From the sequence record MK817115.1: a stretch of 64,000 nt of DNA. One strand, 5' to 3'. Positions within the stretch are counted from its first letter, which is position 1. Each line of letters starts with the position of its first letter. This DNA comes from Escherichia phage vB_EcoM_phAPEC6. The notes beneath the pieces were generated by a model, which was not told the DNA's origin, did not search any database, and worked only from the letters and a program-made list of their open reading frames with translations. Of this stretch, positions 54,641 through 62,794 are shown in pieces. A program made the position numbers and the translations under genes.

Positions 54641-54860
54641 AGTTCCATCAAGTCGAGAAAGACTCAAGCCCACCGGGTGCATAGTTACGCCCAAAATTCA
54701 GTACTAGATTATTTTTTAAAAATATTCATCCAGGCGGTTGACATTGCCCCCAGTTTATAAGATAATGATTCCAGATTCAGAAAAATCTAACTCCAGATAC
54801 TGCGGGGAAACTATCCCCACGCGGTAGGGGAACTATTGGAAAAAACAAAATAAAATTTTG

Positions 54861-55000
54861 ATTTAGCCGTCTATACTTCCAGACGTGTAACCATCTAGCC
54901 GTTTAGCCGTCCAAACGTCTAGCCATCCAGCCCTCCAGAAATCTAGCCGTTTAGCCGTCTAGATGGATAGCCATCTTTACTTCCAGACTTCTGGAGGGCT
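54861..55000. repeat. iteron-like cluster of short direct repeats with flanking inverted repeat
   Basis: TAGCCGT occurs at least five times and TAGCCAT twice within ~110 bp; inverted repeat GCCCTCCAGAA ... TTCTGGAGGGC; direct repeat ACTTCCAGAC x2. Confidence 0.6.
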
Positions 55001-55860
55001 AGACATATCTACGTCCAAAATCCACCCAGGGTAACTACGCCCAAAATCCGTCAGTACTATACCATAGATCTATCTTTTGAAAGGGAGTATTCAGTACTGC
55101 CATCATAGCCCTCACTATGTTACCCTAGGAGGATGAAGACTATCATGTAGTACTGAATACTGTTAGAGGGAATCCACCAGCACAAGCTGGTGGCATAATG
55201 CTTTAGATTAAAATCAGTACTGACACCATTCTGTTAATATCAGTACTGTTATTACGATTTTCATATGAGGTTCAAAAAGATGTACCACCACAGGAGGAAC
55301 TATCTTTTCTGTACTGTCTCACGACAGGAGGTAGAGTAAATGAATTGTTCGCAGCAACTCATCACCCTATGTAGAACATTATACAGTACTGAATCATAAT
55401 GTCAATAGCTTTCTTTCATTATTCAGTACTGATATTCTTGAGAACTACCCGACTACAAACATCATTATATCCCACAAATCATAAACGTCCCAACGTAAAT
55501 TTCAACTTTCGAAGATCCAACTTTTATTTCATAGGTACTCCAAAATTTTTAGGATCGAGATTTAGGATGGAGTACTAACCAACTTTTTGCTGGAGCCTCA
55601 AGGGGTAATGGAATTTTACCCCGAAGGGTAAAGGGGTAATTGAAATTAAGGTGAAAGTAATAATTCAGTACTAATCATTGCGTGATTACTTTTGATTACA
55701 TTTGATGTAATTTGAAAAATGGAAAAGGAGCTTGGAAACTACAAAGTACGGCAGACTTCCTCTGCCTACTTAGTGGCATATCAGTACTGAATCCTTCCCG
55801 TGCATTCTTGAGCATTCTTGTCTATACTAATCAGTACTGAATCATATATAATCATTCTGT

Positions 55861-55920
55861 GATTCTACGGTGCTCATATAAATGTTTATATATGATTACT
55901 TATGACTACCTATGATTACG
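55861..55920. repeat. tandem TGATTAC-type short repeats
   Basis: tatgattac / tatgactac / tatgattac in tandem; further gattac copies near 55680-55720. Confidence 0.5.
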
Positions 55921-56033
55921 GGGTTTAGCCTGGGGAGAATCCTAGTGATCGCATTTGTCCAGGCTGAATTTTAACAATTCGCCTGTACATAAAGGTTGTT
56001 CACTAGGAGCTTCCCCTGTCTCTATGTGTTTAA

Positions 56034-56225
56034 TTACTTTCTATATATAAGCATTAAGATATAGTAGTACTGATTATACTGTACATTCTCTTTAATATTA
56101 TAAGGGTCTATAGCAATCTCGGTACATCTGTTAAATGCATATCTATTAAATGCCAGTGGAATTATAGATCTAATCCATACTTGTTCATTTTCTTTTAGTT
56201 TACTTATATAGAAGTTTTTATACAT
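56034..56225 (-). CDS. family C paralog (small protein, N-term M.KEFY, C-term LIxRY)
   Basis: ORF track 63 aa; MYKNFYISKL...ILMLIYRK. Confidence 0.6.
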   Translation of the reverse strand: MYKNFYISKLKENEQVWIRSIIPLAFNRYAFNRCTEIAIDPYNIKENVQYNQYYYILMLIYRK

Positions 56226-56240
56226 AGTATTCTCTATTAA

Positions 56241-56423
56241 TTAATATGATAGTACTAGTGTTAGTACTGAGCACAATTGTTCTTTATAGTTCTTAGGGTA
56301 TATAGAATCTTTTATGCACTCATTGAAGTGCCATAGGTATAATCTTGGGTCGCATTCTTTATATATTCTTACGGGGACGAATGTTAGTTTTCTTATATAG
56401 AATTCTTTATGTTCTTTATTCAT
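56241..56423 (-). CDS. family C paralog
   Basis: ORF track 60 aa; MNKEHKEFYIRKL... Confidence 0.6.
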   Translation of the reverse strand: MNKEHKEFYIRKLTFVPVRIYKECDPRLYLWHFNECIKDSIYPKNYKEQLCSVLTLVLSY

Positions 56424-56424
56424 A

Positions 56425-56613
56425 TTAGTACCTGAATATAAGTAGGATTATGTTATAGTACTGGTTAGTACTGCAATGATTCTCTATACATCGATTAACA
56501 GTTATGGAATAGCTATATCTGGCGTAAGCATTATCCAGCGGGATTTTACATTGAGCACTTAGAGAAAGTACAGTAGGTAGTGTATTCAAATAGAAGTCTT
56601 TGTAATTATTCAT
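56425..56613 (-). CDS. family C paralog
   Basis: ORF track 62 aa; MNNYKDFYLNTL...IILLIFRY. Confidence 0.6.
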   Translation of the reverse strand: MNNYKDFYLNTLPTVLSLSAQCKIPLDNAYARYSYSITVNRCIENHCSTNQYYNIILLIFRY

Positions 56614-56815
56614 ACAGGAATAGTATACCTATGATACCTGAGTACAGGTTAGTACTGTTACCATCTTCGTTTGCGTTTAAAGTCATTTGAATACAATTAT
56701 TGTAGCATACTCTGCCGAAAAATGTATTAGTACTTAAAGGTGGAGTAGTCCTTAGAAACATTTGTTCTGAGGGGCTTATGTATTTGGAGTAGAATTCTTT
56801 ATGTTCTTTATTCAT
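56606..56815 (-). CDS. family C paralog
   Basis: ORF track 69 aa; MNKEHKEFYSKYIS...GILFLYE. Confidence 0.6.
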   Translation of the reverse strand: MNKEHKEFYSKYISPSEQMFLRTTPPLSTNTFFGRVCYNNCIQMTLNANEDGNSTNLYSGIIGILFLYE

Positions 56816-56820
56816 ATTAG

Positions 56821-57006
56821 TTAGTGTCTGTATATAAGTAATAGTAAGAATACGTACTGCACATCTTCATCTTTAGTATTGAGTACTGTACGTATTGCGT
56901 CATTAAACAAGAATATAGTACTTGGGTCATGAGAATTTAAAGGGGTTCTGGGTACGGCATGTTTGTAGTTCCCTTTAACAAATTGTGTGTAGTATTCTCT
57001 ATGCAT
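56821..57006 (-). CDS. family C paralog
   Basis: ORF track 61 aa; MHREYYTQFV...LLLLIYRH. Confidence 0.6.
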   Translation of the reverse strand: MHREYYTQFVKGNYKHAVPRTPLNSHDPSTIFLFNDAIRTVLNTKDEDVQYVFLLLLIYRH

Positions 57007-57007
57007 A

Positions 57008-57193
57008 TTAGTACCTATATATTAGGGCGATAATGTAGTACAATTCATATGGAATGTAATTTGGGGTGATCGCACACTGTGTATGGTAAATGAATTGTTC
57101 GGTATTTTTCTTATCCTTGATATCTATTGGGATTAGTGGTATAAGCATTTGGGAGTTTAGATCGAGATGGCTTAAGTAGAATTCTTTATGCAT
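57008..57193 (-). CDS. family C paralog
   Basis: ORF track 61 aa; MHKEFYLSHL...IIALIYRY. Confidence 0.6.
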   Translation of the reverse strand: MHKEFYLSHLDLNSQMLIPLIPIDIKDKKNTEQFIYHTQCAITPNYIPYELYYIIALIYRY

Positions 57194-57202
57194 ATTGTTC
57201 TT

Positions 57203-57391
57203 TTAGAATACGAAAGCTAGGTACAGGGTATGATACAGTACTCGATGATAGCTGTCAAAATCTAGTATACATGCTTTAGTGCACATAGTAAAGTACACTT
57301 TATCGTTTTGTGCATTGATACCGCGAGGTTTATCTAATAGATTAGTACTGAGGTACATTGGGAAATATTTTGTGTAGTATTCTTTATGCAT
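57203..57391 (-). CDS. family C paralog
   Basis: ORF track 57203..57436; start moved to MHKEYYTKYF Met by paralog alignment. Confidence 0.55.
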   Translation of the reverse strand: MHKEYYTKYFPMYLSTNLLDKPRGINAQNDKVYFTMCTKACILDFDSYHRVLYHTLYLAFVF

Positions 57392-57392
57392 A

Positions 57393-57575
57393 TTAGTACC
57401 TGAATATAAGTAGGATAGTGTTATATAGCTGGTCATAACTACTACTATTTTCTATACTTCGTTCTATGCAGTTATTGAATCCCAGTACTGCCAAATCGTT
57501 ATCCATAGGGACTTTGTATCTGGCGTAGTGTTCAAAAATGCTGGGGAGAAATTGTGTGTAGTATTCTTTGTGCAT
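57393..57575 (-). CDS. family C paralog
   Basis: ORF track 60 aa; MHKEYYTQFL...ILLIFRY. Confidence 0.6.
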   Translation of the reverse strand: MHKEYYTQFLPSIFEHYARYKVPMDNDLAVLGFNNCIERSIENSSSYDQLYNTILLIFRY

Positions 57576-57576
57576 A

Positions 57577-57762
57577 TTAGTACCTATATATTAGTAAAAG
57601 GATGTGATACAGTACTCGATTATAGTCTTCAATATATATCGAGGATTTAGTGCACTGAATGAAGTAGTCTTTTTCGTAGTTTTTTTCTATACCCAATGGT
57701 TCTGTTGGTACAAGGTGTTGGAGATACATTGGGAGTTTCTCTATGTAGTATTCTTTATACAT
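57577..57762 (-). CDS. family C paralog
   Basis: ORF track 61 aa; MYKEYYIEKL...LLLIYRY. Confidence 0.6.
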   Translation of the reverse strand: MYKEYYIEKLPMYLQHLVPTEPLGIEKNYEKDYFIQCTKSSIYIEDYNRVLYHILLLIYRY

Positions 57763-57771
57763 ATATTATCC

Positions 57772-57972
57772 TTAGTACTGGAACGCAAGGTACAGGGTGT
57801 GGTAAAGTTGTACTTGATAATTGTTTTCATTAGCTTCTTCATTAAGTACTTGTTCAGTACATGTACGGAAGTAATCAGCTTCATATATACAGTCAATACC
57901 GCGAGGTTCATCTTCTAATAGATTTCCTTGTAGAAACTTTGGTAGTTCTTTTATGTAGAATTCTTTATACAT
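57772..57972 (-). CDS. family C paralog
   Basis: ORF track 57772..58035; start moved to MYKEFYIKEL Met by paralog alignment. Confidence 0.55.
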   Translation of the reverse strand: MYKEFYIKELPKFLQGNLLEDEPRGIDCIYEADYFRTCTEQVLNEEANENNYQVQLYHTLYLAFQY

Positions 57973-58636
57973 AGTTTGTAATATACGTAATGAGGTGATG
58001 CATTTTCTTATCAGTACTGATAATTTCCTGTACATGTTTTGTCAGATTGTACGCGTTTTTATAGAGTACTGGATTATCGATTACAGTACTGTACATGAAT
58101 AGTTCTTCTTCCTGTAGTTCTTTGTGTTCTAGTTCTTTGAGGAATTCTACAATTGATTTAGTTTCTTCTGTACGTTGTGCTTGCCAGAAGTGCATATTCT
58201 CGTGTACTTTTTTTGCACCTATACTGTATATACCACCCATTTGGAATTGTGCTGTATTGACATCGTGGGAGGTGTTACAATTCCCGAAGAAGTATGTATT
58301 CCCGAAGTATAGCATTAAAGTGCACGGGGTATTATCCAACTGCATATGGATGATGAAGGATGCGTTCTTTAGTACCTTTGTGCTCGTATTAGTACTCAAT
58401 ACTTTTAAATCAGTATTATAGATATTCATATAATGAACAGCTATATTATTTTTCTTCATGTACAATCCCAGGTTCTTTGATACGTTAACTCCATTTGTAC
58501 TGGATTTTTCCTTTTTATTTCGTTTCTTTAGTACATTCGGGTGATACGTATATGCAGATGTAACTGATTCTGCCTGAATACTATTGAGGTACTTAAAGTG
58601 CTTAAGGTATTGTTTGCTGTGTGCATTAAGTTTCAT
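57965..58636 (-). CDS. hypothetical protein (223 aa) with family A-like motif, embedded in family C array
   Basis: ORF track; motif QEEELFMYSTVIDNP; SD AGGAAA. Confidence 0.6.
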   Translation of the reverse strand: MKLNAHSKQYLKHFKYLNSIQAESVTSAYTYHPNVLKKRNKKEKSSTNGVNVSKNLGLYMKKNNIAVHYMNIYNTDLKVLSTNTSTKVLKNASFIIHMQLDNTPCTLMLYFGNTYFFGNCNTSHDVNTAQFQMGGIYSIGAKKVHENMHFWQAQRTEETKSIVEFLKELEHKELQEEELFMYSTVIDNPVLYKNAYNLTKHVQEIISTDKKMHHLITYITNYV

Positions 58637-58646
58637 TTGGTTTCCT

Positions 58647-58826
58647 TTATATAGATGCCAGGGCGAGGATTTCCCTGTAGGGATTATCTTGTGTTAGTAC
58701 AGCATAAATGCAGTTATTGAGATTAATATTTTTAGTACTTTTTGTTCCTAGTTTGTAGTACTTCACGAAGGTGTCGTACATGAAACGGTCTTTTATGGTT
58801 ATACGTTCTCTATAGAATTGTTGCAT
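58647..58826 (-). CDS. family C-like paralog (59 aa)
   Basis: own reading: MQQFYRERITIKDRFMYD...ILALASI; just below track cutoff. Confidence 0.4.
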   Translation of the reverse strand: MQQFYRERITIKDRFMYDTFVKYYKLGTKSTKNINLNNCIYAVLTQDNPYREILALASI

Positions 58827-58834
58827 AGTATTCC

Positions 58835-59017
58835 TTAAATAGCGATTAGTTTCATTACTTCTCTGTATGTGTACTTTTCGTTTTGTGCATCTCTTGTGAC
58901 GACATATAGGAAGGTGTGTTTATCTTTTTTGTTCCCGCAATTGTAGAAAATATTGAACTTATTGAAGTTGAATCTTTCGGCGTGTTGTAGTTTAGTTAAA
59001 TAGAATTCTATGTTCAT
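58835..59017 (-). CDS. family C paralog
   Basis: ORF track 60 aa; MNIEFYLTKL...VMKLIAI. Confidence 0.55.
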   Translation of the reverse strand: MNIEFYLTKLQHAERFNFNKFNIFYNCGNKKDKHTFLYVVTRDAQNEKYTYREVMKLIAI

Positions 59018-59025
59018 TTTCTTCC

Positions 59026-59211
59026 TTACATTTCAATAAGTTTCAGTACTGCTCGGTACGTGTACTTAGTTGTCAGTGCTTCTTTAATAGAAATACAGAA
59101 GTAATGTTGTTTGTCTCTTATACTGCCGCGTTTGTAGTACCACACATGGGAGTTGTGACTGTACTTGTCTCTGTCGGATAGTTGTTGGTAGTAGTAGCTT
59201 ATATGATTCAT
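59026..59211 (-). CDS. family C paralog
   Basis: ORF track 61 aa; MNHISYYYQQL...VLKLIEM. Confidence 0.55.
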   Translation of the reverse strand: MNHISYYYQQLSDRDKYSHNSHVWYYKRGSIRDKQHYFCISIKEALTTKYTYRAVLKLIEM

Positions 59212-59420
59212 TATAATGTAATTAGCCTTACTATATTAAAGTACTCGGTCCCTGGTGTACCTTGTAGTATATTACGCACGACATTTTTTTGGTGCTGGAT
59301 GATTGCTGAAGGTGCGGTTCTTTTTAGTTTTTTTAAAGTACTGAATTCTTGTTTAAGTATGAACTGTACATCTTTAGGGAGAATATCTATGTAGTACTGA
59401 TGAATGTTTGTAGTTTTCAT
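59211..59420 (-). CDS. family C paralog
   Basis: ORF track 69 aa; ...QYYIDILPKD...IVRLITL. Confidence 0.55.
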   Translation of the reverse strand: MKTTNIHQYYIDILPKDVQFILKQEFSTLKKLKRTAPSAIIQHQKNVVRNILQGTPGTEYFNIVRLITL

Positions 59421-59430
59421 ATAGCACCTT

Positions 59431-59625
59431 TTAGAACTTAAAGATGAGGTTCAGGATAGAGCGGTACTTAGTTTCAGGGAACTGATGTTCTATTGCATAA
59501 CGTGTCGCCATCCTGAAATCGTAATTGTAATATAGATTATCCTTTCTCATAGGTGGTGCTAAAGAGAATGATAGCTGGTCTTGCTTGTGTAGTTTACTAC
59601 CATAGAAATCTTTATGATTATTCAT
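59431..59625 (-). CDS. family C paralog
   Basis: ORF track 64 aa; MNNHKDFYGSKL...ILNLIFKF. Confidence 0.6.
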   Translation of the reverse strand: MNNHKDFYGSKLHKQDQLSFSLAPPMRKDNLYYNYDFRMATRYAIEHQFPETKYRSILNLIFKF

Positions 59626-59827
59626 AGAAGTAGATTAGTCCTATTAAACCTGAGTACATAATATTTTTGTTATTGCATTCGATTGCTTCTAGAGTACTAC
59701 GTATACAATTATTAAAGCAATCTCTACCGAAGTGAGTATTGGTACTTACAGGTGATACACTCCTTAGAAACAATTGTTCTTCGTTGCTAAGGTATTTGGT
59801 GTAGAATTCTTTATGTTCAGTATTCAT
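59618..59827 (-). CDS. family C paralog
   Basis: ORF track 69 aa; MNTEHKEFYTKYLS...LIGLIYFYE. Confidence 0.6.
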   Translation of the reverse strand: MNTEHKEFYTKYLSNEEQLFLRSVSPVSTNTHFGRDCFNNCIRSTLEAIECNNKNIMYSGLIGLIYFYE

Positions 59828-59828
59828 A

Positions 59829-60032
59829 TTAGTACTCGATTAAAAGGGCAAGGATATAATAGTATTGCATACTTTCTGCCCCTTGTAAAGCATTTCTTAT
59901 GATATTATTCCTGTACGAGTTCAGGAGTTTAGGACAACGTTTGTAGTGTATAATAGTATTTTGTGTATACAGTAGGCTTTCTCGTAGACCTTTTGTTGGT
60001 AGTGCATCGATGTAGTACTGTTCGATATTCAT
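59829..60032 (-). CDS. family C paralog
   Basis: ORF track 67 aa; MNIEQYYIDAL...ILALLIEY. Confidence 0.55.
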   Translation of the reverse strand: MNIEQYYIDALPTKGLRESLLYTQNTIIHYKRCPKLLNSYRNNIIRNALQGAESMQYYYILALLIEY

Positions 60033-60256
60033 ATAGATAGCAGTACTAAGATTTTTGATAATTGTTTATTGCTATCCCCGCAGATGTTGCTGTGTAAAAT
60101 ACTCACAATGAGGGTATCAATTGCATTGTTCATCATAAGGGTGCATCCTGGACTATTATAATTTTTTAGCTCAATTAGCCACGAACTATCCGAGAGAAAC
60201 TCCCCGTACTCTAGTTCATTTAGAGTATTGAGGTAGTACTTAAGAGTATTTGTCAT
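60029..60256 (-). CDS. family C paralog (first gene of array)
   Basis: ORF track 75 aa; MTNTLKYYLNTL...; SD AAGGAG. Confidence 0.55.
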   Translation of the reverse strand: MTNTLKYYLNTLNELEYGEFLSDSSWLIELKNYNSPGCTLMMNNAIDTLIVSILHSNICGDSNKQLSKILVLLSI

Positions 60257-60281
60257 GTGTAGTTCTCCTTATATTCCTTCT

Positions 60282-60310
60282 ATAGTACAACAGTACTGAA
60301 AGGATGTCAA
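60282..60310 (-). promoter_or_regulatory. sigma70-like promoter for family C array (divergent region)
   Basis: minus-strand TTGACA-N17-TACTAT about 25 nt upstream of 60256 start. Confidence 0.45.
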
Positions 60311-60358
60311 GGGTTTTCTTTATGGGGTAAATATGATATAATGAATAAGGAGGGATTT

Positions 60359-61507
60359 ATGTTACCTTTTGCAAGAATGATTAAGTACGGGAATATTGCC
60401 CCTGGTGATGATGGACGTTTTAAAATATATTCCAGTGATTCCATGTATCTTCATGATACTTATACTGATAAGTTGTATGCATCTTCTGCGACGAATTGGG
60501 GTACTGGTACAGGTGTAGCATCGAGTAAATTTATTCTTTGTGCGGAGAATGTTAAACGAGTTCTATTGGAAGATAACAGTAGTGATTGTCAATTGTACGA
60601 AGAGAAAGGTACGGGAAAAGTTTTTATCACTGGCAACACGAAGGCATTCACTGGTGTAACTGATAGAAAAACTTTGTGGACGGACTGTACTACATGGATA
60701 ACATCAGGTGGTATTAATGTTTCTGATATAAAATACATGAGTAGTTTTTATGATATGAAGGTGAATTTGATAACAAACGATGGTACATTGTATTGTTGTG
60801 GAGCTAACAATATATCGAACATATCATCATTTGGTGATGGCACAAACATTAATTCTTTTAACACATTCAAAAGAGTAGATACTATAACTTCGGTTAAAAA
60901 GGCAGTTGGTAACATTTATTTGCGAGAAGATAATACTTTATGGGGTTGTGGTTTTAACTATTACTACCAGTTGGGTACGGGTAATCAAACTTCTATTACT
61001 GGGGTGACGATGATTTCTTCGGATGTTATAGATTTTAATGTAAGTTATCAGAGTACATTTTTTATCAAATCGGATAATAATTTGTACGCTTGTGGTAAAC
61101 AGTTCGGTGCACAATATGGGAACGAATTTGGTACAGGTGGTACTTCTACATCTACAGATATACAATATAAAACTCCGACATTATTGAGTTCAGGAGTTTA
61201 TACTCTATATACTTGTGTTGGTAACATGGCATCACATATTGTCAAAGCAGATGAAGTTCTATATGCTTCTGGAACGAATGGGTTTGGGCAATTAGGTGTT
61301 GGTAATAATAATAATCAGTACTCCTATACTCCTTCTTATACTTCTTTTAATAGTTCGTGTGATTTGGTACGCAGTCCATCTGGATCACTTATACTTACGG
61401 ATACTGGAAAATTATATTATTGTGGCATTGCAATAGTAGTAATGGGTGGTATTTCTGGACAGAACGTTCTTAATTATACAGAAGTAGATATGTCATTTAT
61501 ACAATGA
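60359..61507 (+). CDS. RCC1-like repeat (beta-propeller) protein, paralog 1
   Basis: ORF track 60341..61507, start set to MLPFARMIKYGN Met behind SD AAGGAGGG; repeats with G.N..GQLG.G signature (WGCGFNYYYQLGTGN, GTNGFGQLGVGN). Confidence 0.6.
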   Translation: MLPFARMIKYGNIAPGDDGRFKIYSSDSMYLHDTYTDKLYASSATNWGTGTGVASSKFILCAENVKRVLLEDNSSDCQLYEEKGTGKVFITGNTKAFTGVTDRKTLWTDCTTWITSGGINVSDIKYMSSFYDMKVNLITNDGTLYCCGANNISNISSFGDGTNINSFNTFKRVDTITSVKKAVGNIYLREDNTLWGCGFNYYYQLGTGNQTSITGVTMISSDVIDFNVSYQSTFFIKSDNNLYACGKQFGAQYGNEFGTGGTSTSTDIQYKTPTLLSSGVYTLYTCVGNMASHIVKADEVLYASGTNGFGQLGVGNNNNQYSYTPSYTSFNSSCDLVRSPSGSLILTDTGKLYYCGIAIVVMGGISGQNVLNYTEVDMSFIQ

Positions 61508-61515
61508 ATTAATAT

Positions 61516-61545
61516 GCCAGTACTTGATACTGGCTTTTCTTTTTG
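61516..61545 (+). terminator. intrinsic terminator
   Basis: hairpin GCCAGTA-cttga-TACTGGC followed by TTTTCTTTTTGT. Confidence 0.6.
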
Positions 61546-61579
61546 TATTAAATATAGTATAATGAATAAAGGAGGAATT

Positions 61580-62722
61580 ATGTTACCTTTTGCAAGAATG
61601 GTTAAGTACGGGAATATTGCACCTGCACAAATCGGTAGATATAAAATATACAGTTCATCTTCTTCACTATTTTTATTGGATACCCAAAAACACAATTTGT
61701 ACAGTACATCGAACATTAATTATACTAGTGGTACAGGTAATGTTGAGCCTAAATTTGTGTTAAGTGCAACTAATGTTAAAAGATTATTACTATCTGATAA
61801 TAGTTGTGCAATGCAAATATATGAAGATATGAATGGGCGTGCAGCGATGTGTGGCACAAGAACTGCATATAGTGGGGTTGCAAATGATAATGTACTGGTA
61901 TGGACGGATTGCACTACATGGTTCACAAATGTAGGGTTGAATGTATCAGATATTCAGTACATGTCTGGTTTTTATAATCTGAAACTAAACATAGTTATGA
62001 ATAATGGTGATTTGTGGTGTAGTGGGAAAAACAACACTACTACTATGTCATCATTTGGTAATAGCACAAATATCGATTCATTCAATCAGTTTACCAAAAT
62101 AACAACAATATCAAATGTTATTAAAGCCACCGGGAATATATACTTATGTGCAGATAATACTTTATGGGGATGTGGTTTTAACTCTTACTATCAGTTAGGG
62201 ACAGGTAATCAAACATCCAGTATTAATTTGATTATGATGGCTTCTAATGTTATCGACTGTAATGTTGGTCTTCAAAATACTTATTACTTGACTAATAATA
62301 AAGAACTTTATGGATGTGGTACACAATTTGGTACAACTTACGGGAATGAATTTGGAACAGGAAGGCAGGGAACATCAATACAATATAAGACTCCTACTAT
62401 AATTTTCACAAATGCAGATGGTCTGGCTGTTTGTGTCGGTAATATGTCTACTCATGTTATTCAATATGATAAAGTTTTTAGTTCTGGTAATAATGCCCTT
62501 GCACAGTTGGGTGTAGGCAACCGTGACAATGTGTACACATATACACAATCATTTGATAATTTCAAAATGGATTCTTCTATAGTACGTGCAAACGTTGGAA
62601 CATTGATAATGACAGCGGACAATAAGTTATATTACAGTGGGAGAAATGATGTTGTTATGGGTGGAACAAGCACACAATACACGACGGTTTTCAGTGAAGT
62701 TAATATGTCATTTATACAATGA
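61580..62722 (+). CDS. RCC1-like repeat (beta-propeller) protein, paralog 2
   Basis: ORF track 61514..62722, start set to MLPFARMVKYGN behind SD AAAGGAGG; motifs WGCGFNSYYQLGTGN, NALAQLGVGN. Confidence 0.6.
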   Translation: MLPFARMVKYGNIAPAQIGRYKIYSSSSSLFLLDTQKHNLYSTSNINYTSGTGNVEPKFVLSATNVKRLLLSDNSCAMQIYEDMNGRAAMCGTRTAYSGVANDNVLVWTDCTTWFTNVGLNVSDIQYMSGFYNLKLNIVMNNGDLWCSGKNNTTTMSSFGNSTNIDSFNQFTKITTISNVIKATGNIYLCADNTLWGCGFNSYYQLGTGNQTSSINLIMMASNVIDCNVGLQNTYYLTNNKELYGCGTQFGTTYGNEFGTGRQGTSIQYKTPTIIFTNADGLAVCVGNMSTHVIQYDKVFSSGNNALAQLGVGNRDNVYTYTQSFDNFKMDSSIVRANVGTLIMTADNKLYYSGRNDVVMGGTSTQYTTVFSEVNMSFIQ

Positions 62723-62728
62723 ATTAAT

Positions 62729-62758
62729 GCCAGTACTTGATACTGGCTTTTCTTTTTT
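62729..62758 (+). terminator. intrinsic terminator
   Basis: same hairpin GCCAGTA-cttga-TACTGGC + T-run. Confidence 0.6.
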
Positions 62759-62794
62759 GTATTAAATATAGTATAATGAATAAAGGAGGGAATT

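Larger units (their letters stand above)
54100..56033. other. ORF-free, repeat-rich intergenic region (candidate replication origin / regulatory hub / ncRNA cluster)
   Basis: about 1.9 kb without convincing ORF on either strand; several direct and inverted repeat clusters and at least four plus-strand sigma70-like promoters. Confidence 0.5.

Noticed and set aside
54462-54707. Overlapping track ORFs 54462..54707 (+) and 54470..54694 (-) in the repeat-rich region
   Set aside because: Both run through repeated promoter and CCCACCGGGTG motifs and have no SD. The region is better explained as non-coding regulatory sequence.
60938-61926. Minus-strand track ORFs 60938..61165, 61474..61716 and 61720..61926 inside the RCC1-like genes
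   Set aside because: They are antisense to long, well-supported plus-strand genes with conserved SD and terminators.
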